This document shows, in pieces, positions 40,518-51,400 of a DNA stretch of 64,000 nucleotides. The DNA comes from an uncultured virus (IMG/VR IMGVR_UViG_3300028897_000536). Its lineage: Duplodnaviria > Heunggongvirae > Uroviricota > Caudoviricetes. The stretch lies in IMG/VR virus record IMGVR_UViG_3300028897_000536. One strand, written 5' to 3'. The notes below the pieces were generated by a model, which worked only from the letters and a program-made list of their open reading frames with translations, ran no database searches and was not told where the DNA came from. The position numbers and the translations under genes are program-made. Within the stretch, counting starts at the first letter, position 1; each line of letters starts with the position of its first letter.

Positions 40518-41140
40518 AAGTTTTAATTACTGGTGGAAATGGCGGAATGGCTAAAGCTATAGCCAAACTCCTTAAAAAAGAAAGATATAAAGTTAGAAAT
40601 CCTGGAAGAGAAGAATTAGATATTACAGATTTAATGACTGTTTATAGATATATGGAAAAAGAAAAGCCAGATATTCTTATAAATGTAGCTGGTTATATTA
40701 AGCCTAATAAAGTCAAAGATATTAGATATTATGAATGGCATAATCATATAAATGTAAATCTTACAGGAGCTTTTTATTGTATTAATTACGCTTTACGATT
40801 TGGGAAGCTTTCTACAGTTATTAATATAGGATCTACTTCAGCATTTGAAGGTAGAGCCGAATGGGGAGCTTATTGTGCCAGTAAAGCTGGTCTAATGAGC
40901 TTAACAGAGACTTTAGCAAAAGAAGGTATTAATTCTTATGGTTTACATCCTTCTAGAACTAAAACAAAGATGAGAAAAGCTCTATTTCCAAAAGAAGATA
41001 AAAAAACCTTAATGCCACCAGAAAGAATAGCAAAATTTGTATTAAGAATATTAAATAAAGAGTTTAAAAATGGTTCACATATAATTGTTAAAAAAGATAA
41101 TTTTATTGTTTTACCAAGTAGAGAATGTCCAAAGGAGTAA
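40514..41140 (+). CDS. Short-chain dehydrogenase/reductase, candidate ribulose-5-phosphate reductase
   Basis: ITGGNGGMA, NVAG, IGSTS, YCASK, PSRTKTKMR; start ATG 40514 after AAGGAGGAG. Confidence 0.85.
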   Translation: MKVLITGGNGGMAKAIAKLLKKERYKVRNPGREELDITDLMTVYRYMEKEKPDILINVAGYIKPNKVKDIRYYEWHNHINVNLTGAFYCINYALRFGKLSTVINIGSTSAFEGRAEWGAYCASKAGLMSLTETLAKEGINSYGLHPSRTKTKMRKALFPKEDKKTLMPPERIAKFVLRILNKEFKNGSHIIVKKDNFIVLPSRECPKE

Positions 41141-41144
41141 AAAT

Positions 41145-41570
41145 ATGAAAAGAATTTGTAAAACTATAGTTCCAAAAGAAGAATTTATTAATATTACAGA
41201 TGAAGTTCAAGAAGAAATATCTAGTTTTGATCCCAATTATAATGGATTAATTATTGTTTATTCTAAACACACTACTGCTTGTATTAGATTATTAGAAAAC
41301 GAAACATTACTTAAAAAAGATATGCACGATTTTATGGAAAGATTAGCTTCTTCTAATTGCTTATATAGACATGATGATTTAGAACATAGAGATGTTCCTC
41401 CAGAAGAGAGAAGAAATGGATATAGTCATTTAAGAGCCATGCTTTTAAATCATCAAGAAGTTATTCCTGTTATAAATGGTAAATTGGATTTAGGTAAATG
41501 GCAAAAAATTTTTTATATTGAATGTGATTTAGGAAAAGAAGATAGGACTTATAATATAATAATATTATGA
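41145..41570 (+). CDS. YjbQ/UPF0047-family protein
   Basis: NITDEV, HTTA, NGYSHLRA, LDLGKWQ. Confidence 0.85.
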   Translation: MKRICKTIVPKEEFINITDEVQEEISSFDPNYNGLIIVYSKHTTACIRLLENETLLKKDMHDFMERLASSNCLYRHDDLEHRDVPPEERRNGYSHLRAMLLNHQEVIPVINGKLDLGKWQKIFYIECDLGKEDRTYNIIIL

Positions 41571-43441
41571 CACATAAACAATTTTTCTTTAAAGTATTAG
41601 ATATTTTAGAAAAAAATAATATTACTTATTGGTTAATGTGCGGAACTTTATTAGGGGCGGTAAGAGATAAAGCTTTTTTACCTTCTGATCATTCAGATAC
41701 AGATATAGGAATTTTAAAAGATGATTATTGGAAGGTAAGAAAAATATTTAATAAAGAATGTTCTTCTTTTTTTAGTAAATATAAATATAATTTTATAAGA
41801 AGAAGAGAAATAACAATTTCTTCAAGTGATTGGAAATATAAAGTAGATATTTTTCCAATGGAAAGAGATAACGATAAATATTATATTTATAGCTATAGAA
41901 AAAGTTCTACTGGTAAATGGGATCACGAATGGAGAGCAGTATTTCCTTATGAAAATTTCTTTCCTTTAAAACAAATAAATTTCTTAGGTAGAAAAGTTAA
42001 TGTTCCTAAAGATCCCGAAATTATTTTGGAAACTCATTACGGTAAAGGATGGAATAAACCAGATCCTAATTTTGTAAGTTCTACTCCTCCTAATGAAGAT
42101 AAATCATATAAAGGTTTTTATCCCGCAGGTTTCTATCCAGAAAAATTAGATAATAAAAAATATGATTTCGCTTATGTATGTGTTAATCTTTTAAGACCTG
42201 AAGAAACAAAGAAAACTATAATTTCTTTAAAAGCATATTGTCCTAATTGTAAAATCTATATAGCCGACCAAGATGATCCTTCGGCAGATATGTTTAATTT
42301 TTATGAACAATATAATGTTGAATATTATTTTATACCTTTTGATTGTGGATTAAGTTATGCAAGAAATTTTTTAATCAAAAAAATAGAAGAACCTTATATA
42401 ATGTGGGGAGATAACGATTTTGTATTTGATAAAGAAAATAATATTTATAAAGCTATTGATTTATTAAAATCAAAGAAAAATATTGGCGTTGTGGGAGGAT
42501 CTGTTTATAAAGATGAAAAAATGCTTCATTATGAAAGAATTTTAATGTATGATAAAGAACATGGAATTCTAGTGTATATTCCATTAGAACTAACAGATCC
42601 TATAGAATATAAACATAAAAGAGCAGAGTATTACTATTGCGATCTTACATTTAATTATGCAATAGCAAGAAGAGAGGTTTTCGATAATAAAAAAATAAGA
42701 TGGAACGAAAATGTTAAAGTTAGATATGAACATAGCGATCTATTTTTAAAGTTAAAACTTTATTCTGAATATGATATAGTTTATTTTCCTAATATGAAAG
42801 TAAATCATGTTCATTTAGATACAGATAGATATAAAAACTATAGAAATAGAAAAGAAGACGCATTAAAATTTTCGGAATATTGGGATTTAAGAATGAATTT
42901 TACTATAGGAAAAGGTAAAGAAATATATGCTACAGAAGGTAAAGTCATTCCTAAAAGACTTTTAGAAAAGGAAATTAAACCTAATGAAATAGAAGAGGAA
43001 GCTCCAGAAAATGAAATAATTAAAGAAAAAAGTATAGAAGAAGAAGTTATAAATAAAGATAAAATTATTTATTTAATTAAAAATGAAACTGTAGAAAATA
43101 TTATTAATAAATTATGTGATAATAATTTAAATTTTATATTATTAAAAGAAACATGCTTAGATATAGTGAGATATAAAGAACTAAAATTAAAACCTAATGA
43201 TTTTCATATTACTAATAATAATAATATTGATTATAATAGATTAATTTACTTTTTAAAAGAACAAGGATTTAAAGTTACTAATAAACCATCTTCTAAAAAA
43301 TTAACAATTCATTTATATCCTATAGATTTTAAAATGAAAATAAAAACTTTAAAATTATTTAATAGAAAAGTAACAGTTCCTTTTCCAGTTATAAAATATT
43401 TAAAGGAAGAATTCGGTGAAGATTGGCAAAAATATGAATAA
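41567..43441 (+). CDS. LicD-family phosphotransferase fused to a GT2-like glycosyltransferase
   Basis: YWLMCGTLLGAVRD..DTDIG, VDIF, YG..W..P (LicD); IYIADQ, GLSYARN, WGDND, EHSD (GT-A); C-terminal region resembles a second degenerate LicD/NTase copy. Confidence 0.85.
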   Translation: MTHKQFFFKVLDILEKNNITYWLMCGTLLGAVRDKAFLPSDHSDTDIGILKDDYWKVRKIFNKECSSFFSKYKYNFIRRREITISSSDWKYKVDIFPMERDNDKYYIYSYRKSSTGKWDHEWRAVFPYENFFPLKQINFLGRKVNVPKDPEIILETHYGKGWNKPDPNFVSSTPPNEDKSYKGFYPAGFYPEKLDNKKYDFAYVCVNLLRPEETKKTIISLKAYCPNCKIYIADQDDPSADMFNFYEQYNVEYYFIPFDCGLSYARNFLIKKIEEPYIMWGDNDFVFDKENNIYKAIDLLKSKKNIGVVGGSVYKDEKMLHYERILMYDKEHGILVYIPLELTDPIEYKHKRAEYYYCDLTFNYAIARREVFDNKKIRWNENVKVRYEHSDLFLKLKLYSEYDIVYFPNMKVNHVHLDTDRYKNYRNRKEDALKFSEYWDLRMNFTIGKGKEIYATEGKVIPKRLLEKEIKPNEIEEEAPENEIIKEKSIEEEVINKDKIIYLIKNETVENIINKLCDNNLNFILLKETCLDIVRYKELKLKPNDFHITNNNNIDYNRLIYFLKEQGFKVTNKPSSKKLTIHLYPIDFKMKIKTLKLFNRKVTVPFPVIKYLKEEFGEDWQKYE

Positions 43442-44252
43442 AATAGCAATAATATATACTACCTTTTTAAGAGATAATTTAGAAAAACAAACAATCGAGT
43501 CTATTCTTGATAATTGGAATGAAAATTATGTTTTATTGATCGGAGAACAAGGATTAAGAGATAAAGACACCAAAACTGATTATTATAATAGTCTTAATAA
43601 TAAAAATATTTATAGATATATTTTGCCTTTTGATTATGGATTATCAGCTTCTAGAAATTTTTTAGTTGAAAAAGCTAATGAGCTAAATTGTAAATATTGT
43701 TTACTTACAGCGGACTCAATTAAATTTTTACAACCATATGATTTACAAACAGTTATAGACTTTTTAGAAGAAGATCCAAGACGAGGAATTGTAGGACTTA
43801 ATTTAAGAAGGAGAATTTGTTGGGAAGGAGATTTAGAATTAAAAGAAAAAGGATTTTATTTTGAAGCTCCTCAAAGAGAATTAATAGAATTTAAAAATAT
43901 CGTTTTTCAGAGAGTAGATATATGCAGAAACTTTTTCTTAGCTACAACAAAATGTTTATTAGACAATAAATGGGATAATAATTTAAAACTATTAGAACAT
44001 GAAGATTTTTTTTGGAGATTAAAAAATAATTCTGTTTCTTTTGTTAAAGAATATGGAACCGATATCTATCAACCTTATCAAGTATTTTATACTGATTATA
44101 TAAAAGGAGAATATATTGAAGATAAACCAAAAGAATATTTAAAATATAGAAATAGAATGTATAATGAATTTAAAAAGATATTAGAAGCTAAGTATAGTTT
44201 TAAATTTAGTTGGATTTATAGTCCTGGCTTTAAAAAAAGATTTAAGAGATAA
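43416..44252 (+). CDS. GT2-like glycosyltransferase, paralogous to the GT domain of the preceding gene
   Basis: TTFLRD, PFDYGLSASRN, WDNNLKLLEHEDFF. Confidence 0.75.
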   Translation: MKIGKNMNKIAIIYTTFLRDNLEKQTIESILDNWNENYVLLIGEQGLRDKDTKTDYYNSLNNKNIYRYILPFDYGLSASRNFLVEKANELNCKYCLLTADSIKFLQPYDLQTVIDFLEEDPRRGIVGLNLRRRICWEGDLELKEKGFYFEAPQRELIEFKNIVFQRVDICRNFFLATTKCLLDNKWDNNLKLLEHEDFFWRLKNNSVSFVKEYGTDIYQPYQVFYTDYIKGEYIEDKPKEYLKYRNRMYNEFKKILEAKYSFKFSWIYSPGFKKRFKR

Positions 44253-44845
44253 TGAAAGAATTAAAATTAAAAACAGGAGATATATTTTTTACAGATACTT
44301 TTTCTACAGCTTCAAAAATTGTTAAATTTTTGATGACAGCTCCGACTATTTGGCATCATTTATTCTGGAAAATTACAGGTAGAATAGATAAAGAAAGACC
44401 TAGATTTTACCATGCAGGGATGGTATTTAATGAAAATCAAATTATTGAGCAACAATCTAAAGTTATAATTAGATCTGTAGAAAAAATTTATAAAAAGAAT
44501 TTTGTTATATGGAGGAAATTAGATTTATCAGTATATGATAAAAATTTATTAACTAGAATAGCTTTAGAAGATATTGGAGAAGGATATGGTATTCTAGAAT
44601 GTATAGGTAAAGCTATAAGTTGGCTGACAGGAATTAAATTCTTTGCAAGATGGTTTGATATGAAAGATAATGATATATGTGTAATTAGAGTAGCTGATTG
44701 GTATAGAAGAGCTTTAAATTATACTTTTGGAGCTAAAAATATAAACGACTTAAATACAAAACTTATAGATTTATACTGCGAAAATCATCCTGAAGAATGG
44801 GAATGTATAGCTATAAGATATGATAATAATTTAGTGGTATATTAA
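44252..44845 (+). CDS. Permuted papain-like NlpC/P60 (YaeF/YiiX-type) enzyme
   Basis: LKTGDIFF, HAGM preceding Y..and ICVIRVA (His before Cys). Confidence 0.6.
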   Translation: MKELKLKTGDIFFTDTFSTASKIVKFLMTAPTIWHHLFWKITGRIDKERPRFYHAGMVFNENQIIEQQSKVIIRSVEKIYKKNFVIWRKLDLSVYDKNLLTRIALEDIGEGYGILECIGKAISWLTGIKFFARWFDMKDNDICVIRVADWYRRALNYTFGAKNINDLNTKLIDLYCENHPEEWECIAIRYDNNLVVY

Positions 44846-45615
44846 TGAAAAAACAATTAATAATTATAGGAGGAGGAACTAGTATAAAAGAGGGTATTTT
44901 TAAAGGATTATGGGATAAATTAGAAGGAAAGTTTACTTTTGGGTTAAACTATTCCTATAACTTTTTTAATGCTTCTACAGCTCAATTATGGGTAGATAAA
45001 CAGTTTTATAGCCAACATCATCAAGAATTAGATCAATTACCTTTAATTTTATGTAAATACCATTCAAGAATGGAATGTCATAAATGTGAAGGACATAGAA
45101 ATAAAGAAAGTTGTGAAAATTGTAATAATATTAGAATTTTTTCTAAGCCTTCTAATTCTTTAGTATTTAAATGTGTTCCTCATTATTCTAGAGATTTAAA
45201 AGACGGAATATATAGATCATCATTAGTTGGAATATTTGCCTTATCTATAGGTATATATTTATTAGATGAAGGAGATGAAATTTTTTTATTAGGATATGAT
45301 TTTGGTAATTTAGATAATAAAAAAGATGATAAAGGTAAATTTTTAACTCATTTTTATCAAGAAGAACTTGATCATAGAGGTATCGGAAAGATTAGTTGGT
45401 ATAGTAGTAAAAATAGAGCTAAAGATACATTTGGAGTATATAAAGATGAAAATAAAGTTAAAATTTATAATGTAAGCTTGAATAGTAAAATAAATACTTT
45501 CGAAAAAATAGATTATGATAGTTTTTTTAATAAGTTAGATAAAATTAATTATAATCAAGAAGAATTAAGAGAATATATAAAAAATAAATTAGGAAGATTA
45601 TTATGTTTAAAATAA
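44845..45615 (+). CDS. Maf/DUF115/sialyltransferase-like Rossmann-fold sugar transferase with a Cys-rich insert
   Basis: IIIGGGTSI, FGLN, IFLLGYDF, THFY, IYNVS..S.I.TF. Confidence 0.6.
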   Translation: MKKQLIIIGGGTSIKEGIFKGLWDKLEGKFTFGLNYSYNFFNASTAQLWVDKQFYSQHHQELDQLPLILCKYHSRMECHKCEGHRNKESCENCNNIRIFSKPSNSLVFKCVPHYSRDLKDGIYRSSLVGIFALSIGIYLLDEGDEIFLLGYDFGNLDNKKDDKGKFLTHFYQEELDHRGIGKISWYSSKNRAKDTFGVYKDENKVKIYNVSLNSKINTFEKIDYDSFFNKLDKINYNQEELREYIKNKLGRLLCLK

Positions 45616-45624
45616 GGAGATAAA

Positions 45625-46002
45625 ATGTATATAATATATTTTGAAGACGAAACTATTTTTAAAGGAGGTAATATAAGAGAAACCAAATGGAATTTAATGC
45701 CTAATAAAGCTATTAAAAAAATAGAATGTTCTATAGGTGGAAAAACTATAGTTTTAGAAAATTACGAAGCTTATAATCTTTTTTATGAAAAGCAAGTGTT
45801 TATAAATAAAGGTCTTAGTGGAATTACCAAATTTGTTATTATGGGAAAGAAAGATAATAATGTTATTAGAATTATTTTTAATTTTATAAAACAGAAATGT
45901 TTTTATGATGGTAAAGAATTTGGTAAAGAATGGAGAGGCAAGCCGACTATAGGTTGGAAAGAAGGACTTCTTAATCAGAAGTCTATGTTATATTTCAAAT
46001 AA
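45625..46002 (+). CDS. Hypothetical protein, last gene of the + arm
   Basis: 125-aa ORF with AAGGAG SD; overlaps the end of the converging - strand gene. Confidence 0.6.
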   Translation: MYIIYFEDETIFKGGNIRETKWNLMPNKAIKKIECSIGGKTIVLENYEAYNLFYEKQVFINKGLSGITKFVIMGKKDNNVIRIIFNFIKQKCFYDGKEFGKEWRGKPTIGWKEGLLNQKSMLYFK

Positions 46003-46546
46003 ATACATCAGGATTATAAAACTGTATTAATAATTTCATTCTTATATAATCTACTTTAGGAGTATAAGACCAATCTGCTAAATCACAATAAGCAATCAAT
46101 TCCAATCTTTTCATTTCTGGTTCGTTTAGAATATCTTGAACTTTATACATAACACTAATATCTCCCCAAAGATAGGATAATTTTCCTTTTTGTTCTTGTC
46201 TATAAGCTCCAGGATCGGTATCATAAGGATAATAGTTATCTACAGGATATTCATATAAAGGAATACAGTTAATATAAGGAATATATTTTTCTGGAAATCT
46301 TTCTATAACAATTCTCCATTGTTTTCGATAATATAAATCTTCAGAAGTATGACCTGGAGCTCGTAAAGAAACTTCTTCCCAATCAGTAGAAAAGGTACGA
46401 ACTACATTAATTTTTTCAAGACTTAAATCTATAGTATTATTTTTAATTCTTTCACTTTTTTCTACCTCTTTAATAATTTCTTGTTTAGTCTTTTCAGAAC
46501 TATCCCATAAATATTTAATTTTTCTTTTTTTCTCTTCTCTTCTCAT
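45995..46546 (-). CDS. Putative tail-tip protein, paralogue family member
   Basis: End of the structural operon; shared N-terminus MRREEKKRKIxxLW. Confidence 0.55.
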   Translation of the reverse strand: MRREEKKRKIKYLWDSSEKTKQEIIKEVEKSERIKNNTIDLSLEKINVVRTFSTDWEEVSLRAPGHTSEDLYYRKQWRIVIERFPEKYIPYINCIPLYEYPVDNYYPYDTDPGAYRQEQKGKLSYLWGDISVMYKVQDILNEPEMKRLELIAYCDLADWSYTPKVDYIRMKLLIQFYNPDVFI

Positions 46547-47613
46547 TATGTTCTATTTTTTAAAATAATTTGTTTGGTAAAATTTTGATGATTTAAATAA
46601 CTTACTAATAATTTAATATCTACTTTTTCTAAATCGTCTTCATTATTTATATATCTTGTTATAGTTCCTACACTAATAGGAGAAGAAGTTAATTTATAAT
46701 AGTGGTAATGATAATACCAAATTTCTTCGTCTTCTTCGCCTTCGTTATTAATATGATGTATATCAGTATCAACGGATTCTTCATAATTAAATCTTTTAAT
46801 ATCATAATATATATTTTCTTGATGCGTAAAAATATATTTAAAAATTTCTCCGCTCACAAATAATCTATATTTTGTTTTTTCTTCATTTAAAGGAATCCAA
46901 TATTTATTAATATTACAATCTTCATGCCATACATAATTTAATGATCTTACCATATGAGGAAAATCTAAATCTTGTTCATTATTTAATTGATAAGCATAAT
47001 CTGGATTTATAGCTTCGGCTTGAGATCTAGTCATTCCTGTATTTAAATAAACTTTGACAGTCGCATAAGGTAAATGGACATTAGGATCATGTGTAGGAGA
47101 AGTATCTATATAATATTTATAAGGAAAATTTAATGTTCTATCGAAATAACTACCACTCCAATATAATCTATAATCATAATCTTCATCCCAACAAGCTTCT
47201 CCATAAGATCCTGGATAAATAGCAGGATTAAAATATTTACCTTGCCATTTTAGAACATAAGGATCGTATCCTACATAGCCTCCTTCTCCAGCATATATTA
47301 AATTCTCATCTCCATATATATACCAAAAATTATCGTAATCTGCTGTTATCAATTCAGAAGTTGCTAATAATTCATCTCTTTCTTCTGTAGTTAATATCGG
47401 AGCTTCATCTTGAGAAAAAGGTTGCCATCTTTTTTTAAAAAGTTCACGTTCCCTTTCTGTAAGATCTCTATTAGGAAATATAAAACTAACATCCTGATTT
47501 TCTATTGCTTTCGTTAAAATAGAGATATTAACAAAAGGAATTAAATTTTCTGTTATGTCTAAATCAACTTTAAATTTATAATAACAAATCGCAGGATATT
47601 GTGGTGTGGACAT
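46546..47613 (-). CDS. Putative tail-tip/virion protein
   Basis: Tyr/Asp-rich 355 aa in the structural operon. Confidence 0.55.
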   Translation of the reverse strand: MSTPQYPAICYYKFKVDLDITENLIPFVNISILTKAIENQDVSFIFPNRDLTERERELFKKRWQPFSQDEAPILTTEERDELLATSELITADYDNFWYIYGDENLIYAGEGGYVGYDPYVLKWQGKYFNPAIYPGSYGEACWDEDYDYRLYWSGSYFDRTLNFPYKYYIDTSPTHDPNVHLPYATVKVYLNTGMTRSQAEAINPDYAYQLNNEQDLDFPHMVRSLNYVWHEDCNINKYWIPLNEEKTKYRLFVSGEIFKYIFTHQENIYYDIKRFNYEESVDTDIHHINNEGEEDEEIWYYHYHYYKLTSSPISVGTITRYINNEDDLEKVDIKLLVSYLNHQNFTKQIILKNRT

Positions 47614-47632
47614 ACTTTTTAAATCTCCTTAC

Positions 47633-47920
47633 TTAATCATCACCAGGATGAAATTTAATTCTATCATCACGTTCATCTTGATGATAATCATCTACTATAT
47701 AAGAATCAAATTTTTTGTAACCTTCTCCATCTAAATTATCTGAATGAATTTCTCCAGCTTCTAAATCTATCATTCTAGGATATAATTCTAAAATAGTTTT
47801 TAACCATCCAGATCTTAATTCTCTTCTTATTGAAGATCGTTTCTGTTCTAATTTATTGTTATTACTATGATGAATATCCCAAATATTATCTATTTTTCTT
47901 TTTGTCTCTTTACGTTTCAT
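47633..47920 (-). CDS. Paralogue family member (N-terminal module only)
   Basis: MKRKETKRKIDNIW N-terminus. Confidence 0.55.
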   Translation of the reverse strand: MKRKETKRKIDNIWDIHHSNNNKLEQKRSSIRRELRSGWLKTILELYPRMIDLEAGEIHSDNLDGEGYKKFDSYIVDDYHQDERDDRIKFHPGDD

Positions 47921-48497
47921 ATATTTTTAAAGGATTATTTACTGTAATAATATATTTAAAATATAAATTACCAAAAATAGGAGTATTTCCATATCCTCGA
48001 TTATTCCAACTATGAAGAACTCTAAATCCTATTTCTAATATATATGCACTATTTTCATCTTCTGTTAATTCAATATCTGTTAATTTTTGGACTCTATACC
48101 ATTGATTAAACCATCCTTCATAATTATCTAAATAATCTATAAAATCTTTAGAAGCGTTAGGGGCTACTTTCATAATTAGATTAGGTTTAAGTGCAGAAAT
48201 TAATTCTTCTGGAAAATTACTTAATCTTATATGTAAAGTAAAATAATCGTTTTCTTTCCATATATACCAAGAATCTTTATCTCCATTTTCTTCTGTAAAT
48301 TCTTTATAATATATTCCTAATCCTAATTTTTCACTACCAGATAAATCTCTTGGAAATTCATATTGATATATTCTTTTAGCATATGGAAGATGATGTGGTT
48401 GGATATTTTGTTTTTGAAGATTATCTATAATATTTTCTGAATTCTTAACTTTAACCCAAATTTTATCTAATTTTTTTTTAGATTCTTCGTATTTCAT
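47910..48497 (-). CDS. Putative tail-tip protein, paralogue family member
   Basis: MKYEESKKKLDKIW N-terminus. Confidence 0.55.
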   Translation of the reverse strand: MKYEESKKKLDKIWVKVKNSENIIDNLQKQNIQPHHLPYAKRIYQYEFPRDLSGSEKLGLGIYYKEFTEENGDKDSWYIWKENDYFTLHIRLSNFPEELISALKPNLIMKVAPNASKDFIDYLDNYEGWFNQWYRVQKLTDIELTEDENSAYILEIGFRVLHSWNNRGYGNTPIFGNLYFKYIITVNNPLKIYET

Positions 48498-51400
48498 TAT
48501 TCTATATAACTCTGTGTAGTGATATCAAATTTTTTATCTAAGAAAGTATAATGCCCAGGATTTGGAGTAGGTTCTTGAGGATATCTATCATCTATATCTT
48601 CTAATTCTGATTTAGATTTTGTATTATCGCAATCTAATGTAACTTTCATTGTATCTGCATTTATAGTTATACCTTTAACACTTACAGGGAATCCGTTATT
48701 ATTTTTATAAACACCAGTTTCAGTAGTATTTGTAATATTTAATCTATTTAATAATCTAATATCATAATATAAAAATCCATCTATTGTAAGATTTAAACCA
48801 ATATTAGTTATAGGTAAAATATCTCCATTTATATTTTTTAATTTTTCATATTCTAAATTAGCTACATTTCTTGCATAGTTTCTATAATTATAATATTCTC
48901 CAGTTACATTATAAAGTCCATTTTCTCTATCTTCTAAATGAGGAGTAGATTGATATCTACCAGTTTTACTTGCTGAAATTTCTTTAAATGGATAAGTTCC
49001 TACATAATAAAATTCTTCGGGATATACCCAATTATTATAAACTCTTTGTCTTCTATACCATAATCCTAATATCTTATATAAATCGCTTGTTAATGGCTGT
49101 AAACTAGTTCCTATGTATTTATTTGTAACTATTGGATTAACAAGTGGCATTATACGATTTTGTAATCTATAAAGTCCTATATATTGAATATCTGCATACC
49201 AGAAATATTCATAATTAGGATCTGGTTGCCATTGTCCAGTTTCTATCCAATTAGCTAATTCTGCTTGATTTTCGATAGCAAAGCCTATATTTAAAGGATG
49301 TCCTGTTCCTTCTTCTTTAAATACTCTTTCAAATTCTTGAGTTCCTAAACTTATTTTAATACCTCTATAAATTACAGGATTATCATGAATATATCCTATT
49401 CCTCCTGACATACTTCCACCAAAAAGTAATATTCCTTGAGCTCCTGATGGAGATTTTAAAATAGGACATCTATCTAATTCTACAGTATTTGAATTTATAT
49501 ATTTAACTATTTTGTAATTTCCTAAATGAGCTCCTTCACCACTAACTATATCTATATTTAATCCTTCCATACTTCTAGTAAATTTATTACCAGTTCCTGT
49601 TAAAATTTTATTCCCACCTAAACTTGTACCAAGAATTCCTCCCAAAAGATATTTAGTTTCATTGGGATCTCCTAAAGGAACTTGAGTACAGCCTAAATTA
49701 GTAATTTCTGTCATTCCTATATCCCAATTTGGATTGTAAATATCTATTTCCTGTATTTGAGCATGATATAAATGTAATTGTTCATTTATACTAGGGATTG
49801 GCAAATCTACTGTAACTTTTTTAGTTGACCAAGTTTCTGAAGATGTAGCCTCTACATTAACAAGTTCTTCTTCAGTAATTGGATTTAATCTATTTATTTT
49901 TCCTGTAAAAATTAATTTATCTCGTATATAAATAGTTACTGAATTTTGATTAGTTATTTGAGAAGATTGTTCTTCTTCATTGGTATCTAATCGGTCAAAT
50001 TTTCTATTTAAAATAAAATATGCTTTACTTTCTTCATCTGCAAAATGCTGAACTCTAATAGAATCTAATTTAACATCATTATCAGGTAATATATTTCCAT
50101 TTATATATACTTTAAAATCAGTTCTTGGTGTAGGAGTATGATTAACACTATTATAAGGTACAGTAGTAAATCTAAAATCAGTATTAATAATATTTTCTTT
50201 TTTGGTAATAAATCTTAAATCGGTATTAACTAATCCTCCTTTAAGAAAAGGTAAATAGGTATTAATATTATAAGACAATTCTCTAATGAACGGAAAATAA
50301 GTATTAATTTTAGTAATTTCGCTATAATCTAATTTATACAATTCTGCTGTTAGACTATCCGTTCCTATAAAAACTGATAAATATTCTTCAGAATCATCTA
50401 TAGTTATCATGTTATCAGTATTAGATTCTATAATGACTATAGATCTTTCTAAATCTAAATCGTCTAAATTATTCATTTTAGCTATCTTACCGTTACTACA
50501 AGCTACATATAATTCACCAAAAAGTTCATTAATTGTTAAAGCTTTAGCATTATTTAGTCCTATATCTAAGGTATATGTTCTCCATCTTTGTTCTCCTAAT
50601 CCATTATAATCTATTTCTACTTTAACTACTTGAGCTGGAGTTTCATCAGTTGAAATATAAAGATGACCATCATGATATTTAATATCAGTAGCATAGGAGG
50701 CTTTGTTTACTCCTTCTATTTTATCATATAATGTAATTGTGTCTTCTAAATTTATTATTTCTGGAGTAGTTTTTAATTCTATTTCTTCAGATAAAGTAAT
50801 AGTATCTTCCAAATTAAGTTCTTCAGGATTTAATTGTAATAAAACTTCTTCAGATAATGTTACTGTATCTTCTAATTCAATTTCATCGGCTAATGAAGTT
50901 TCTGTACCATTTCCAGAATTATAAAGAAAATCTATAGTATCTTGAGTAAAAACACTACTAGAAATTCGTACATCATCTATATCTCCTTCAAATGCAACAG
51001 TTCCAGCTCCTCCGCCAGCAGGATCGGCTATTCCCATATATAATTTAGCTATTCCATTAAATAATGTACTATCAGGTTCGGAATATTGCATAGTCGAAGC
51101 TATTTCATTACCATCTACATAAAGTTTTAAAGTGCCAGCATTAAAAGTAAAACCAATATGATGCCAAGTATTTTTAGTTATAACTGTGGTATTAGTTTCA
51201 TAAAGTCCTGTATATAGCCCTGTATCGTCTCCATATCTAACTTGTAATTTATAATTAATAGCGTCATCGCTAGTTATTGAAATCATCCATTCACAATCGT
51301 TACTATTTTGTTTCCATTTACCAATAATTGTTGGAATTAAATTAAAAAGACCTGTTTTTTTAATCCAACAAAAAACAGATAATTTATCTGTCCAAACATA

